The notes under the pieces are model-generated. The model had not been told where the DNA came from. It ran no database searches and worked only from the letters and a program-made list of their open reading frames with translations. Shown piece after piece: positions 15,610 through 28,369 of a DNA stretch of 31,871 nt (the stretch's first letter is position 1; each line of letters opens with the position of its first letter). The stretch is from Ilumatobacteraceae bacterium (GTDB lineage: Bacteria; Actinomycetota; Acidimicrobiia; Acidimicrobiales; Ilumatobacteraceae), in NCBI GenBank assembly GCA_036274875.1, contig DASUEW010000642.1:1-31871 (forward strand). Direction: 5' to 3'. The position numbers and the translations under genes were made by a program.

Positions 15610-16950
15610 TCATGGCCGTTCGCGCACGGTCTGGTCGTACGCCGCGATCACGGCCACGATCGCCAGCCCGGCCAGCGCGGTCATCCCGACGACGGTGACG
15701 GCATGCAGATCGCCGGCGGCATCGCCTGGGTTGGTGAACGCCGGGCCGACCGGCGAGTCGCCGAGCTCGAGGAGTGAGGTGACGGCCAGCCACAGCACCG
15801 GCAGCATCCCCCCGATCGCGACGCCCAGCCCCCACCGGCGCACCTGCAGGAACCCGACCACGCCGGCGAGGGCGAGGAGGACGACTTGGGCGAGCCGGCC
15901 GGCGAGGAAGGCAGTCGGCTGATCGAACGTGCCGCCGGCCGAGCTCCAGTTGTTGCGGAACGTCGCCGCGCCTTCTGGCACGAGAGGACCTCCCGCCGCG
16001 ATGAGTGCGCTGACCGCACCCAGGGCCGCGATCCAGGGATTCAAACCCGAGCGATCGTCGTTGCCGGCCTGCACCAACGAGACGACGAACACCGCACCAC
16101 CGAGCACGATCGCGGCGAGCAGCAGCCAGTACCCAAGATCGCGGGTGAGCGTGATCGTGAACGACTCGGTGGTCGGCTGCTCGACGGCGAGGGTGGCCGC
16201 CTGGAGCGGCTGTTCGGCGAGCCCGATCACGAGCGCCGCCCAGCCGGCGACGGCGAGCCCGGCTCCGCCAGCCAGCCCGGCACCCCAGCGGATGCCGAAC
16301 CCAGCGACGATCGCCCCGACGAGCAGCGCACCGACGCCGACGAGGCCGGCGACCTGAAGGTTCGAGCCGAGATCGCCGACGAGCCAGTCGCCCGTCTCGA
16401 ACGTCGGCGACGTGGCGTCGGTCGTGATCGTGGTGGCGTTGGCGAACACACCGACGAGGGCGACGAGCGCGGCGATGACGCCGGTACCTGTGACCACGCC
16501 GAAGCGGAACCGGAAGCGTCGCATCTCGTGCGGATCGATCAGCGGCATCTGGGCGGTCCGCGGACCGGTGGGCGCCGCCGGGGCGTACTTGGCCGTCACC
16601 TGGTCGGCGGTGACCGCGATCGGAGACCGGGCCGCGGCCGGCTGGACGGCGGCTGGCGGACGAACTGTCGGATGGGTGATGTCGTCGGGCTCGTCGGACG
16701 CGAAGTCGTACACGCCCTTCGGGGCGCCGTCGCCTGGCGGGCGGGTGGCCGTTGGCACGACTCCGGTCACCGCTTGGGTGACCGGCAGCTGATCGGTGAT
16801 CGAAGCCTTGATCAGCGGGTCGGCCGCACGTGCCGACGACGGCCGGATGAGCTCCTCCGTCGGGTCGGTCACGCCGGTGAGTGACACGCCGCAGTCGCCA
16901 CAGAAGCGCTGCTTCGGCTGCACCTCGACGCCGCACCGGTGGCAGAACAT
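15610..16950 (-). CDS. Zinc-ribbon membrane protein (N-terminal CxxC..CxxC, Pro/Ala linker, about 8 TM), 446 aa
   Basis: MFCHRCG..RFCGDCG; TAGCAT -10 at 16958-16963, 7 nt before the ATG. Confidence 0.85.
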   Translation of the reverse strand: MFCHRCGVEVQPKQRFCGDCGVSLTGVTDPTEELIRPSSARAADPLIKASITDQLPVTQAVTGVVPTATRPPGDGAPKGVYDFASDEPDDITHPTVRPPAAVQPAAARSPIAVTADQVTAKYAPAAPTGPRTAQMPLIDPHEMRRFRFRFGVVTGTGVIAALVALVGVFANATTITTDATSPTFETGDWLVGDLGSNLQVAGLVGVGALLVGAIVAGFGIRWGAGLAGGAGLAVAGWAALVIGLAEQPLQAATLAVEQPTTESFTITLTRDLGYWLLLAAIVLGGAVFVVSLVQAGNDDRSGLNPWIAALGAVSALIAAGGPLVPEGAATFRNNWSSAGGTFDQPTAFLAGRLAQVVLLALAGVVGFLQVRRWGLGVAIGGMLPVLWLAVTSLLELGDSPVGPAFTNPGDAAGDLHAVTVVGMTALAGLAIVAVIAAYDQTVRERP

Positions 16951-17031
16951 GGGTCGAATGCTAAGCGGCGTTGGACACTTCTTGCCCGTCGGCTGCGTCC
17001 GACGGCGAACATGTCAGCAGACTCGTACACC

Positions 17032-17961
17032 GTGACCGGCCGCTTCGCGCCCTCGCCCACGGGTGAGCTCCACCTCGGCAACCTGCGTACGGCACTCGTC
17101 GCCTGGCTCGCCGCACGTTCCATAGGCGCCGGGTTCGTCGTGCGGATGGAGGACCTGGACCGAATGACGTCATCGGTCGAGCACGAGCGTCGGCAGCTCG
17201 CCGACCTGGCCGCGATCGGGCTCGACTGGGACGGCGACGTCGTGCGCCAGAGCGACCGGTTCGAGCGCTACCGGGAGGCGATCACCGTGCTCGCCCGAGC
17301 AGGGCTCGTGTATCCGTGCTACTGCACGCGACGCGAGATCCGTCGCGAGATCGACGCCGCGGCGAGCGCGCCCCACGGCCGGTTGCCGTCCGACGGCTAT
17401 CCCGGGACATGTCGCGACCTCACGCGGGCCGAACGGGCGGCGCGCGAGGCGATCGGGCGACCGGCGGCGCTGCGGCTCCGAACCGAGCACCAACAGATCG
17501 AGATCGTCGATCTCGTCGCGGGCGTCCACCGTGGAATGGTCGATGATGTCGTGCTGCAGCGAGGCGACGGCGTGCCGGCGTACAACCTGGCCGTGGTCGT
17601 CGACGACGCTGCGCAGGGCGTGACCCAGGTCGTTCGTGGCGGCGACCTGCTGGCGTCCACGCCGCGCCAGGTGCTGCTCCAACAGCTCCTCGGCCTGCCG
17701 ACGCCCGAGTACCTGCACGTACCGCTCGTGCTCGGGACCGACGGTGAGCGTCTCGCCAAGCGCCACGGTGCCGTCACGTTGTCGCAGCTGGCCGCGCGCG
17801 GGGTCACCGCCGGCGATGTCGTCGCCTGGCTGGCCACCTCGCTCGAGCTCGCCGGGCCCGTCGAACGCGTGGGCGCGGGCGAGCTGCTCGACCGGTTCGA
17901 TCCGAGCACGGTGCCGCGAAACCCTGTCACGGTCACCGGTCTGTCGACGTCGCTCACCTGA
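17032..17961 (+). CDS. gluQ: tRNA glutamyl-Q(34) synthetase GluQRS (start GTG 17032 or ATG 17011)
   Basis: GRFAPSPTGELHLGN, RMEDLD, YPCYCTRRE..YPGTCR zinc motif, YNLAVVVDD, RGGDL, RLAKRH; about 310 aa with no anticodon-binding domain. Confidence 0.93.
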   Translation: MTGRFAPSPTGELHLGNLRTALVAWLAARSIGAGFVVRMEDLDRMTSSVEHERRQLADLAAIGLDWDGDVVRQSDRFERYREAITVLARAGLVYPCYCTRREIRREIDAAASAPHGRLPSDGYPGTCRDLTRAERAAREAIGRPAALRLRTEHQQIEIVDLVAGVHRGMVDDVVLQRGDGVPAYNLAVVVDDAAQGVTQVVRGGDLLASTPRQVLLQQLLGLPTPEYLHVPLVLGTDGERLAKRHGAVTLSQLAARGVTAGDVVAWLATSLELAGPVERVGAGELLDRFDPSTVPRNPVTVTGLSTSLT

Positions 17962-18022
17962 TCGACTGGGCCTCGGGAGGTGCCCGGCAGTTCCCGCAAG
18001 GGCCGGGCTAGGCTGGCATCCC

Positions 18023-18973
18023 GTGCGAGTACGCGTCCTGATAACCCCCCTGATCGGCGCGACGTTTCTCACCCTGGCAGCGTGCGCGACCACGTCGGTC
18101 ACTCCCACCGCGCTCGACGACTCGGACGCGGCGTCCCCCCGCACCGTGCCGCTGGCGCCCGTCACCGAGGTCGCGGCCGTGACGCCGACCGACGCGCCGA
18201 CGAGCACCGAGCCCGCCGCCACGACGACCGTCGTCGAAGCCACCACGACGACCGTGGCCGAGACCACCACGATCGTCGCCGAGACCACTACCACGACGAC
18301 ACTGCCGCCCAACGTCGTCCCCGTTCCGGTGGTCGCCGATCCGATCGTCGCGGTGGGCACGCGCAGCGGGGCCGACACCGCCAGGGCCCAGTGGAGGTTG
18401 CTCGAGCTCGGGTTCTGGGTCCAGAACGCCGACGGCGAGTACGGCCTCACCACCCGCCAGGCCGTGATGGCGTTCCAGAAGTACTACAACCTCGAGACCG
18501 ACGGCGTGCTCGGTGAGGAGACGGCGCAGTGGATGACGGCGCTCACCGAACGGCCGCAGGCGCGCGCCGATGCCGGCACGCTCGTCGAGATCGACAAGGG
18601 CAAGCAACTGCTGTACTTCGTCGTCGATGGGCGCACGGAGTGGATCCTCAACACGTCGACCGGCAACGGCGAGCCGTACGAGGAACCGGACCTCAACACC
18701 CCCGGCGAGACGATCACGGGCGTCTCGATCACACCGAACGGGCTCCACAAGGTCTACCGCGAGCGTGCCGAAGGATGGTGGCCGGGTGATCTCGGCGAGA
18801 TCTACCGGCCCAAGTACTTCTCGGGCGGCGCCGCCGTGCACGGATCGAACAGCATCCCCGACTACCCCGCATCGCACGGATGCGTGCGCATCAGCGTGCC
18901 GGCGATGGACTGGGTCTGGGAGGTCAACATGATGCCGATGGGCACCCCGGTCTGGGTCCACGAAGGGGTGTAG
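18023..18973 (+). CDS. L,D-transpeptidase (YkuD) lipoprotein with Thr-rich linker and PG-binding domain, 316 aa
   Basis: Lipobox LAAC; DGEYGLTTRQAVMAFQ..L.TDG PG-binding motif; catalytic AVHG..ASHGCVR; TAGGCT -10 at 18009-18014. Confidence 0.92.
   Translation: MRVRVLITPLIGATFLTLAACATTSVTPTALDDSDAASPRTVPLAPVTEVAAVTPTDAPTSTEPAATTTVVEATTTTVAETTTIVAETTTTTTLPPNVVPVPVVADPIVAVGTRSGADTARAQWRLLELGFWVQNADGEYGLTTRQAVMAFQKYYNLETDGVLGEETAQWMTALTERPQARADAGTLVEIDKGKQLLYFVVDGRTEWILNTSTGNGEPYEEPDLNTPGETITGVSITPNGLHKVYRERAEGWWPGDLGEIYRPKYFSGGAAVHGSNSIPDYPASHGCVRISVPAMDWVWEVNMMPMGTPVWVHEGV
18215..18305 (+). repeat. Thr-rich coding repeats (ATTTVVE ATTTTVAE TTTIVAE TTTTTT)
   Basis: Imperfect repeats of gccgagaccaccacga in the LDT linker. 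Confidence 0.75.
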
Positions 18974-18979
18974 CAGACC

Positions 18980-22582
<3,603 letters not shown>

Positions 22583-22586
22583 GGCG

Positions 22587-24155
22587 CTACTCAGGTCGTG
22601 CGGTCGTCGGTTCGCGGCGCCGCACCCGCAACGAGCGGTCGTCGGCCGTAAGGCAGCGGCCGGTCTCGAGGTCGAATCGCCAGCCGTGCAGCGTGCACAC
22701 GAGCGTGCAACCTTCGATCTCGCCGAACACCGCGAGGTCGGCGTTGCGGTGCGGGCAGCGGCGTTGCACCACCCAATCCCCGAGCTCGATGTCGGGCTCG
22801 AACTCGGCCGGTGGTTCGAGCCTCCACAACGCCTCGGCCTCGGTGCGGCGCATGCGCTCGACCGAGAGTGATTTGAAGAAGTTGTAGAGGTACTCGTTGA
22901 ACTCGCCGTCACGCCATGCGGTGAAGCGGCACGACAAGAACAGCGAGTTGCTCCAGTCGACCGCCCGCCGGGCCACGACCGTCTCGACGAGATCGCGAGC
23001 GATCTCGAACCGGAACGAGTAGTTCTCGCCTGCATACGCGCGGACCTCACCGGCGGGGAAGTCGATCACCACGTCGAGATCGCCGACGCGCAACAGGCAG
23101 TTGGCGCCAACCGCGCTGCGCAGTGTCGGTGCCATCGTAAGGAGCGGTTCCCACCAGGCTTTGAGCGTCGCCAGCAGGTCGGTCTCGGGCGTTTCCCAGC
23201 TCTTGTGGAGCTCGGCCAGCCATCCCTTCCAGTCGGCGCGATAGCGGTCGAGGTACGCCGCCTTGTCGTCGAAGATCTCGTCGACGTCGGCGCCGGCCAT
23301 CGGATGGGTGACCTCGATCGCATCCGGGGAGATGTCGATCGTCGTGCCGGGTATTGCCAGCAGCCCGCGATGGCCCGCCTTCTCGAGCCGTGCCATGAAC
23401 GCCCGTTGGTCAGGGAAGATCGACAGCTCGTCGCCGCGGATCATGTTGAGGTGGAACAGCTCGTCGTCGAGGAAGACCGGCGGACCGGCGCTCGGCACGA
23501 CGGCCCGGGCGCCGATCGCCTCGACGTACCGCATCGCTCGTGCGAACTGGCTCTCGACCTTGGCTTCGCAGAGGACACGCTTCTCGGGCTCGGGCATGTC
23601 GTACACCATCGGGTACCAGATCGCGCCCGAGTACTGCAGCCAGTGCACGTCGACCGGTCCGTGGGCGGTGAGCGCATCGAGATCGGACGTGCGGCAGTCG
23701 TTCTGGTTCACGAGACGTGTTCGCCCGTCGGACACCACCATCGCCGAGTCGCCTCCCGGGCCGTCGGTGATCGAGGTCTCGACGTGGATCGCGATCGTCA
23801 GGCCGGGGGCCAGTTCGAGCTCTTCGCCGTCGGAGGTGCGGATGAACTCGGTGAAGCCGATCTGACGGAACGTGCGCTCCTGTTCACGGGTGGGGTAGCC
23901 GGGCAGCAGGATCGGGATGTCACGTCGCAAGTGCTCGCGCAGCCACGGTTCGTCGTGGTGATCGGCATGCAGATGCGTGACGTAGAGGTAGTCGGCGTGC
24001 TCGATCCGCTCGCGCAGGTCGTCGTCGAGTTGGTCGTTGCGGGGGAAGACGAACCACGAGCCGAAGAACGCCGGCACGAACCACGGATCGCACAGGATCG
24101 ACCCGGCGGCGGTCTCGATGAGGATGCCGGCGTGGCCGATCGAGGTCGCGCGCAT
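22587..24155 (-). CDS. MBL-fold (UlaG/CMAH-like) protein with C-terminal Rieske [2Fe-2S] domain, 522 aa
   Basis: GHAGILI..LCDPW, THLHADHHD; Rieske boxes CPHRNADL and CTLHGW. Confidence 0.9.
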   Translation of the reverse strand: MRATSIGHAGILIETAAGSILCDPWFVPAFFGSWFVFPRNDQLDDDLRERIEHADYLYVTHLHADHHDEPWLREHLRRDIPILLPGYPTREQERTFRQIGFTEFIRTSDGEELELAPGLTIAIHVETSITDGPGGDSAMVVSDGRTRLVNQNDCRTSDLDALTAHGPVDVHWLQYSGAIWYPMVYDMPEPEKRVLCEAKVESQFARAMRYVEAIGARAVVPSAGPPVFLDDELFHLNMIRGDELSIFPDQRAFMARLEKAGHRGLLAIPGTTIDISPDAIEVTHPMAGADVDEIFDDKAAYLDRYRADWKGWLAELHKSWETPETDLLATLKAWWEPLLTMAPTLRSAVGANCLLRVGDLDVVIDFPAGEVRAYAGENYSFRFEIARDLVETVVARRAVDWSNSLFLSCRFTAWRDGEFNEYLYNFFKSLSVERMRRTEAEALWRLEPPAEFEPDIELGDWVVQRRCPHRNADLAVFGEIEGCTLVCTLHGWRFDLETGRCLTADDRSLRVRRREPTTARPE

Positions 24156-24248
24156 GCACGTCAAACGACCGACGAGGCACGCCTGACGACCGGCAGTCGC
24201 GGGTGATCCCGGCAGGGGTCGCCCACGACGACTGCGAGGATCGGTGCG

Positions 24249-25220
24249 TCAGGCGACCGGCGGATCGGTGTACTGCTGACCGGCCCGCGAGACGTGCTCG
24301 GTCCACTGACTGCCGTCCCAGTAGCGCAGCTCGTAGCGGCCCGACGGGTCGGCGTACCACCCGGCAGGCGCTGCCGACGAGGCGGCCGCGGTCTGCCCGG
24401 CGGCGCCGGACGAAGCGGATTCGGAGCTCGCAACGGCCGCCGATTCGGCGGTCACGCCGGCGTCGTAGCCGGTGGACACGTCAGCGCTCGCCCCGGCGTC
24501 GTAACCCGAACTGCTCGCCGGTTCGGTCGTCGCCCCGGCGTCGTGGCCGGTGCCGGGTGTGATGGTCGCGCCGGCGTCGTAGCCGGTGCTCGGTGTCGTC
24601 GCCGCGCCTGTGTCGTAGCCGGTGCCGGGTGCGGGCGTGGTCTCCGAACTGGTACCGGTGTCGTAGCCCGTGGTGCCGGTGTCGTAGCCGGCGGTGGTGG
24701 ACCCGAGTCGTGGTTCTCCGACGTATCCGCTCTCGGCGGTCTCAGTGGGCTGGCTGACGCTGTACCCGCTGGACGTGTCGACGTATGGCGTAGGTTCGGG
24801 CGAGACCTCGGGCACTCCGACGCTCGCCGGCGGTTCGCTCACGGGCTCCGGGGCCACAGCCCAGCCGGCTGGCTCGGCGACGGGCGCCGGTTGCTCGGCG
24901 ACGGGCTCGGGCTCCCAGACGGGCGCCGGTTCCTCGACCGCCGGTTCCTCGACCTGTGCTTCCTCGACCGTGGTGGCCACGTTCGTGGGAGTCGAGTCGG
25001 CGAGGGGGGCAGGTTCGGCCGCTGCGGTGTCCTCGGAACCGGTGTCCCACGACGGCGCCGTCTCGGCAGCTTCGGCCTCACGACTGAGGTAGGCCGTGAT
25101 GTTGGTGCCCGCCGGCACGATGGCCACGACGTCCCAACCTGCGGCTGACTTCTCGGTGAGCTTGTCGGCGAGCGACGCCGCGTCGTACGACGAAACGCTG
25201 ATCGAGGTGAACTCGTGCAT
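24249..25220 (-). CDS. DUF2510-type C-terminal domain protein with low-complexity repeat linker, 323 aa
   Basis: C-terminal PAGWYADPSGRYELRYWDGSQWTEHV; short N-terminal L..K...GWDVV domain; TAGGGT -10 at 25229-25234. Confidence 0.85.
   Translation of the reverse strand: MHEFTSISVSSYDAASLADKLTEKSAAGWDVVAIVPAGTNITAYLSREAEAAETAPSWDTGSEDTAAAEPAPLADSTPTNVATTVEEAQVEEPAVEEPAPVWEPEPVAEQPAPVAEPAGWAVAPEPVSEPPASVGVPEVSPEPTPYVDTSSGYSVSQPTETAESGYVGEPRLGSTTAGYDTGTTGYDTGTSSETTPAPGTGYDTGAATTPSTGYDAGATITPGTGHDAGATTEPASSSGYDAGASADVSTGYDAGVTAESAAVASSESASSGAAGQTAAASSAAPAGWYADPSGRYELRYWDGSQWTEHVSRAGQQYTDPPVA
24460..24692 (-). repeat. Seven G(Y/H)D(T/A)G coding repeats
   Basis: tcgt(a/g) cores at 24463, 24499, 24541, 24577, 24613, 24661, 24682 (spacings 36, 42, 36, 36, 48, 21 nt). 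Confidence 0.85.
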
Positions 25221-25421
25221 GGCCCGGAACCCTAGCGACTGTGGAGGCCATCGAGGGCATGGCGGCGGACTGTCCGAGTCTGACCCCGTCGGCGACCAGC
25301 CGATCTGGGCTGCTGGGGATTGCAGGTGCCGAAAATCGTTGCAGCCCGGAAACGGGGAGGGGACGTTCGTCGCACGAGTCGGCGACCAAATGTTCAGCGA
25401 CGCGACGTGGGGTGAGCCGAC

Positions 25422-26129
25422 TCAATCAGATTCGTGTCTCGGGGCAGTGTCGACGAGCTCGTGGAGGTCGGCCTCACCTGGTCGGCCGTCGAACACGACC
25501 GCACCGTCACGGAGGGCGACGATCCGATCGCTCTCGACGACGGTGGTGAGCTCGTGGGTCGCGACCACGAGGGTGGCGCCAGCGCCGTGAGCGGCACGGA
25601 ACAGCTCGAGGACCGCATCGCGTCCCGCCCGGTCGAGGCCGACGAACGGCTCGTCGACCACCATCACCTCGAACGGTCGGACGAACGCCAGGCAGACCGC
25701 GGCCTTCTGTCGCAGACCTCGGCTGAACGTCGAGGGCAGCCCGTCGGCGCGTTCGGTCAGGCCGATCGCGTCCAACAGTTCAGCTGCTCGCTCCTCCCAT
25801 TCCGCTCGCCCGTGTAGTCGCGCGATGTATTCGAGGTGTTCGCGCACGGAGAGATCGTCGTAGAAGACCGGCTGATCGGCGAGATGCGCGAGCGCCGCCC
25901 GCGCCCCGATCGATCCCACCGGATGCCCTACTACCGCAGCCGAACCGGCAGACGGTTCGAGCATCCCCGCCAGCAACCTGATCAGGGTCGTCTTCCCGCT
26001 CCCGTTGTGACCGATCAGCGACACGCGCTGGCCAGGGGGCACGACGAGGTCGATCGGTCCCAGCGCGAGCGCGCCGCTGTAGTCCTTCGTCAGCCCGGCC
26101 GTCGAGATCGCGGCGACGGTGGTGCTCAC
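25422..26129 (-). CDS. ABC transporter ATP-binding protein (exporter type), 235 aa
   Basis: GHNGSGKTT, FSRGLRQK, VMVVDEP, ATH; GTG 26129 overlaps the permease stop. Confidence 0.92.
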   Translation of the reverse strand: MSTTVAAISTAGLTKDYSGALALGPIDLVVPPGQRVSLIGHNGSGKTTLIRLLAGMLEPSAGSAAVVGHPVGSIGARAALAHLADQPVFYDDLSVREHLEYIARLHGRAEWEERAAELLDAIGLTERADGLPSTFSRGLRQKAAVCLAFVRPFEVMVVDEPFVGLDRAGRDAVLELFRAAHGAGATLVVATHELTTVVESDRIVALRDGAVVFDGRPGEADLHELVDTAPRHESD

Positions 26130-27691
26130 GGCCTCGCTCCGGCGACGAACCGTCGCCACGCGGTGCGCCAACGATCGCGGCGAGTCACCCACCACGATGT
26201 GGTCGCCACGACGAGGGCGGCTCCGACCACCGAGCGGGCGATGGTTGCCCACCCCGGCTGTTCTCGCGCGGCCCACACCGCAAGCGCGCCGAGCGTGCTG
26301 ATCGCGACGGGAATCAGTACTCGCATCCCGTCCGCGAACCCAGCGAACTCTGGCGGCATGAACGCCGACTCGGCAGCCGCCGGGTCTGGTGCGTCACGCA
26401 CGGCGCTGACGACTGCCCCCGCCATTCCGACCAGCGCGACGGGATACGCGAGAACGAACGCGGCGGCGGCGACGTCGGGCTCAGCGATTGCGGCGACCGT
26501 GGCACCGAGCACGCTGAACGGCACGAGCAGGCCTGCGGAGGCGACCAGCAGGTGAACGTGCAGCCAACCGCGCGCGAGTGGCAAGCCATCGGTGAGCCCG
26601 GATTGATCGATCTCTTGCGACAGCGGCTCGATCGCCTCGAGGCCGAGTAGGAACAGCAGCACACCCATCGCGACGAACGCCGGGGTCGTGCCGCGTAGTA
26701 CGGCCACCGCCGCCAGGCCGGCTCCGCCCGCGAGTGCTGCCATCCTGGCGAGACGGCCAGCGGGGGTCCTGGCGATGCCGCGCCAGCTCCTGCGCCAGAT
26801 CGCCGCGCGAGCAGATCCGGCGGCCGGCCGAAGACGCAGCCATGGCGAGCGCCGCGGTTGCTCGTTGCGGAGCTGCCGACGCAGGAGCACGACGGTCCGG
26901 AGATCCTGCATCGTGACCGCGAACCGCAACTGCGACACCAGCTCACCGCGCCGCGCCAGCGGCTCAACCCGCAGTCGACCGACGAGCCGCCAGGCGATGA
27001 CGACGAGCGCCAGCGTCACGCCGATCGCGCCGAGGTCAGCGGCTCGCTGCTCGTACCCCCACAGTGCCAGGTGCCCGAACCGGTCGCCGGGACCTGGGAC
27101 ATCACGGACAACGGCCACGGACTGCCAGATGACGAGCGCGACGGCGACCGCGGTGGCGACCACACGAGGAACGTGCAGCGCATGGGTGATCGTCGCTACG
27201 GCGACGAACACCAGACCCACGAGCGCGGCGGCCGACGCGCCGCTGGCCGTCCACGCCGCGGCCGAGCCCGGCAACCGTTGAGCCGCCAGCACGCCACCGA
27301 TGCCGCCGACGATGGACGCCGTGAACGCCGCTGAGCGCAATCGCTGGACGAGCGGGCGCGACAGGACGGTACGGCGCACGATCGGCGCCAGCATCAGGTG
27401 GCGCACGTCGGCGGCCTCGATCGACAGCGGTCCACCGTCGCTCCCGCTGCGCAGGCCGAGCGCAACCGCGAGCACGGCAACCATCCCGAGCAGCGCCGGG
27501 CCGTCGGCGAACACCGACGCGATCTGCGACGGGGTCGCCTCGGCGTCACCGACCTGGTCGCTCAGCACGATCACCGCGCTCCCACCGAAGATGGCCGCGA
27601 TGTAGACGCGATAGGCGAGGTCGAACCACTCGACATCACCCAGGCGTCGTGCTCGTCGCGTGCGCCGGAGGTCGGAGAGCGCGTCGTGCAT
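26126..27691 (-). CDS. Large multi-TM membrane protein, probable ABC-exporter permease, 521 aa
   Basis: Many TM segments; translationally coupled to the ATPase; TAGCGT -10 at 27701-27706. Confidence 0.8.
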   Translation of the reverse strand: MHDALSDLRRTRRARRLGDVEWFDLAYRVYIAAIFGGSAVIVLSDQVGDAEATPSQIASVFADGPALLGMVAVLAVALGLRSGSDGGPLSIEAADVRHLMLAPIVRRTVLSRPLVQRLRSAAFTASIVGGIGGVLAAQRLPGSAAAWTASGASAAALVGLVFVAVATITHALHVPRVVATAVAVALVIWQSVAVVRDVPGPGDRFGHLALWGYEQRAADLGAIGVTLALVVIAWRLVGRLRVEPLARRGELVSQLRFAVTMQDLRTVVLLRRQLRNEQPRRSPWLRLRPAAGSARAAIWRRSWRGIARTPAGRLARMAALAGGAGLAAVAVLRGTTPAFVAMGVLLFLLGLEAIEPLSQEIDQSGLTDGLPLARGWLHVHLLVASAGLLVPFSVLGATVAAIAEPDVAAAAFVLAYPVALVGMAGAVVSAVRDAPDPAAAESAFMPPEFAGFADGMRVLIPVAISTLGALAVWAAREQPGWATIARSVVGAALVVATTSWWVTRRDRWRTAWRRFVAGARP

Positions 27692-27799
27692 GCCTGCCGA
27701 ACGCTAGCGGTGAGAACCGGACCGGTCGCCGCACGGGTGTTCGTGGTTCACCACCGTCTGCGGCCCGAAGACCGTGATCAGGCCCCATACTTGGTGCCC

Positions 27800-28369
27800 G
27801 TGGACGTCGAGACCGTCGAGATCTTCACTTCCCTGCTCGCCCTCGTCGCGCTCGCGGGCGCGGTGCTGCTCGTCGTCGCCCGCCTTCTGTCGTCACGCGT
27901 CGCCATCGCCCGCGTAGCCGGTTCGGCCGTCGCCGACGCCGGTCCGTGGCTGTTGTTCCTCGTCGCCGCGGGCGCGACGGCCGGCAGCCTCTACTTCTCC
28001 GAGGTCGCCAACTTCGTCCCCTGCCGGTTGTGCTGGTTCCAGCGCACCGCGATGTACCCGTTGTCGGTCATCCTCCTCGTCGCCGCGATCCGTCGCGACC
28101 GCGGGGCACGCTTCTACGTTGTCCCGATCGCCGCGGTCGGTGCCATGGTGTCGTCGTACCACTACCTGCTCGAGTGGAAGCCGTCGCTCGAGGGCGGGGC
28201 CTGCTCGGCCGTCGGGCCGAGGTGCGCCGACATCTGGTTCCGCGAGCTCGGCTTCGTGACCCTTGCGTTCATGGCGCTCGCCGGGTTCATCACCATCATC
28301 GTGTTCTCGCTCGTGTCGTTCCCGGCCACGGGCGATGTCGATCTCCATCAAGGATCGGAGCTCCCGTGA
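27800..28369 (+). CDS. dsbB: DsbB/BdbC-family disulfide bond formation protein, 189 aa
   Basis: SLYFSEV..PCRLCWFQR..MYP; second Cys pair GACSAVGPRC; CATACT hexamer 8 nt before GTG 27800. Confidence 0.88.
   Translation: MDVETVEIFTSLLALVALAGAVLLVVARLLSSRVAIARVAGSAVADAGPWLLFLVAAGATAGSLYFSEVANFVPCRLCWFQRTAMYPLSVILLVAAIRRDRGARFYVVPIAAVGAMVSSYHYLLEWKPSLEGGACSAVGPRCADIWFRELGFVTLAFMALAGFITIIVFSLVSFPATGDVDLHQGSELP

Noticed and set aside
24460-24692. Regularly spaced repeats as a CRISPR array
   Set aside because: Repeats are short, degenerate, codon-phased and inside a CDS; no cas genes.
25288-25388. 11-bp direct repeat gtcggcgacca at 25288 and 25378
   Set aside because: Short and GC-rich with only two copies; no mobile-element hallmarks between them.
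25320-25421. Resemblance to a c-di-AMP (ydaO) riboswitch (gccgaa..ggaaacgggga..ggggtga)
   Set aside because: The 3' CCCGxCAGCUAAC half is missing, and it is on the strand opposite to both flanking genes.
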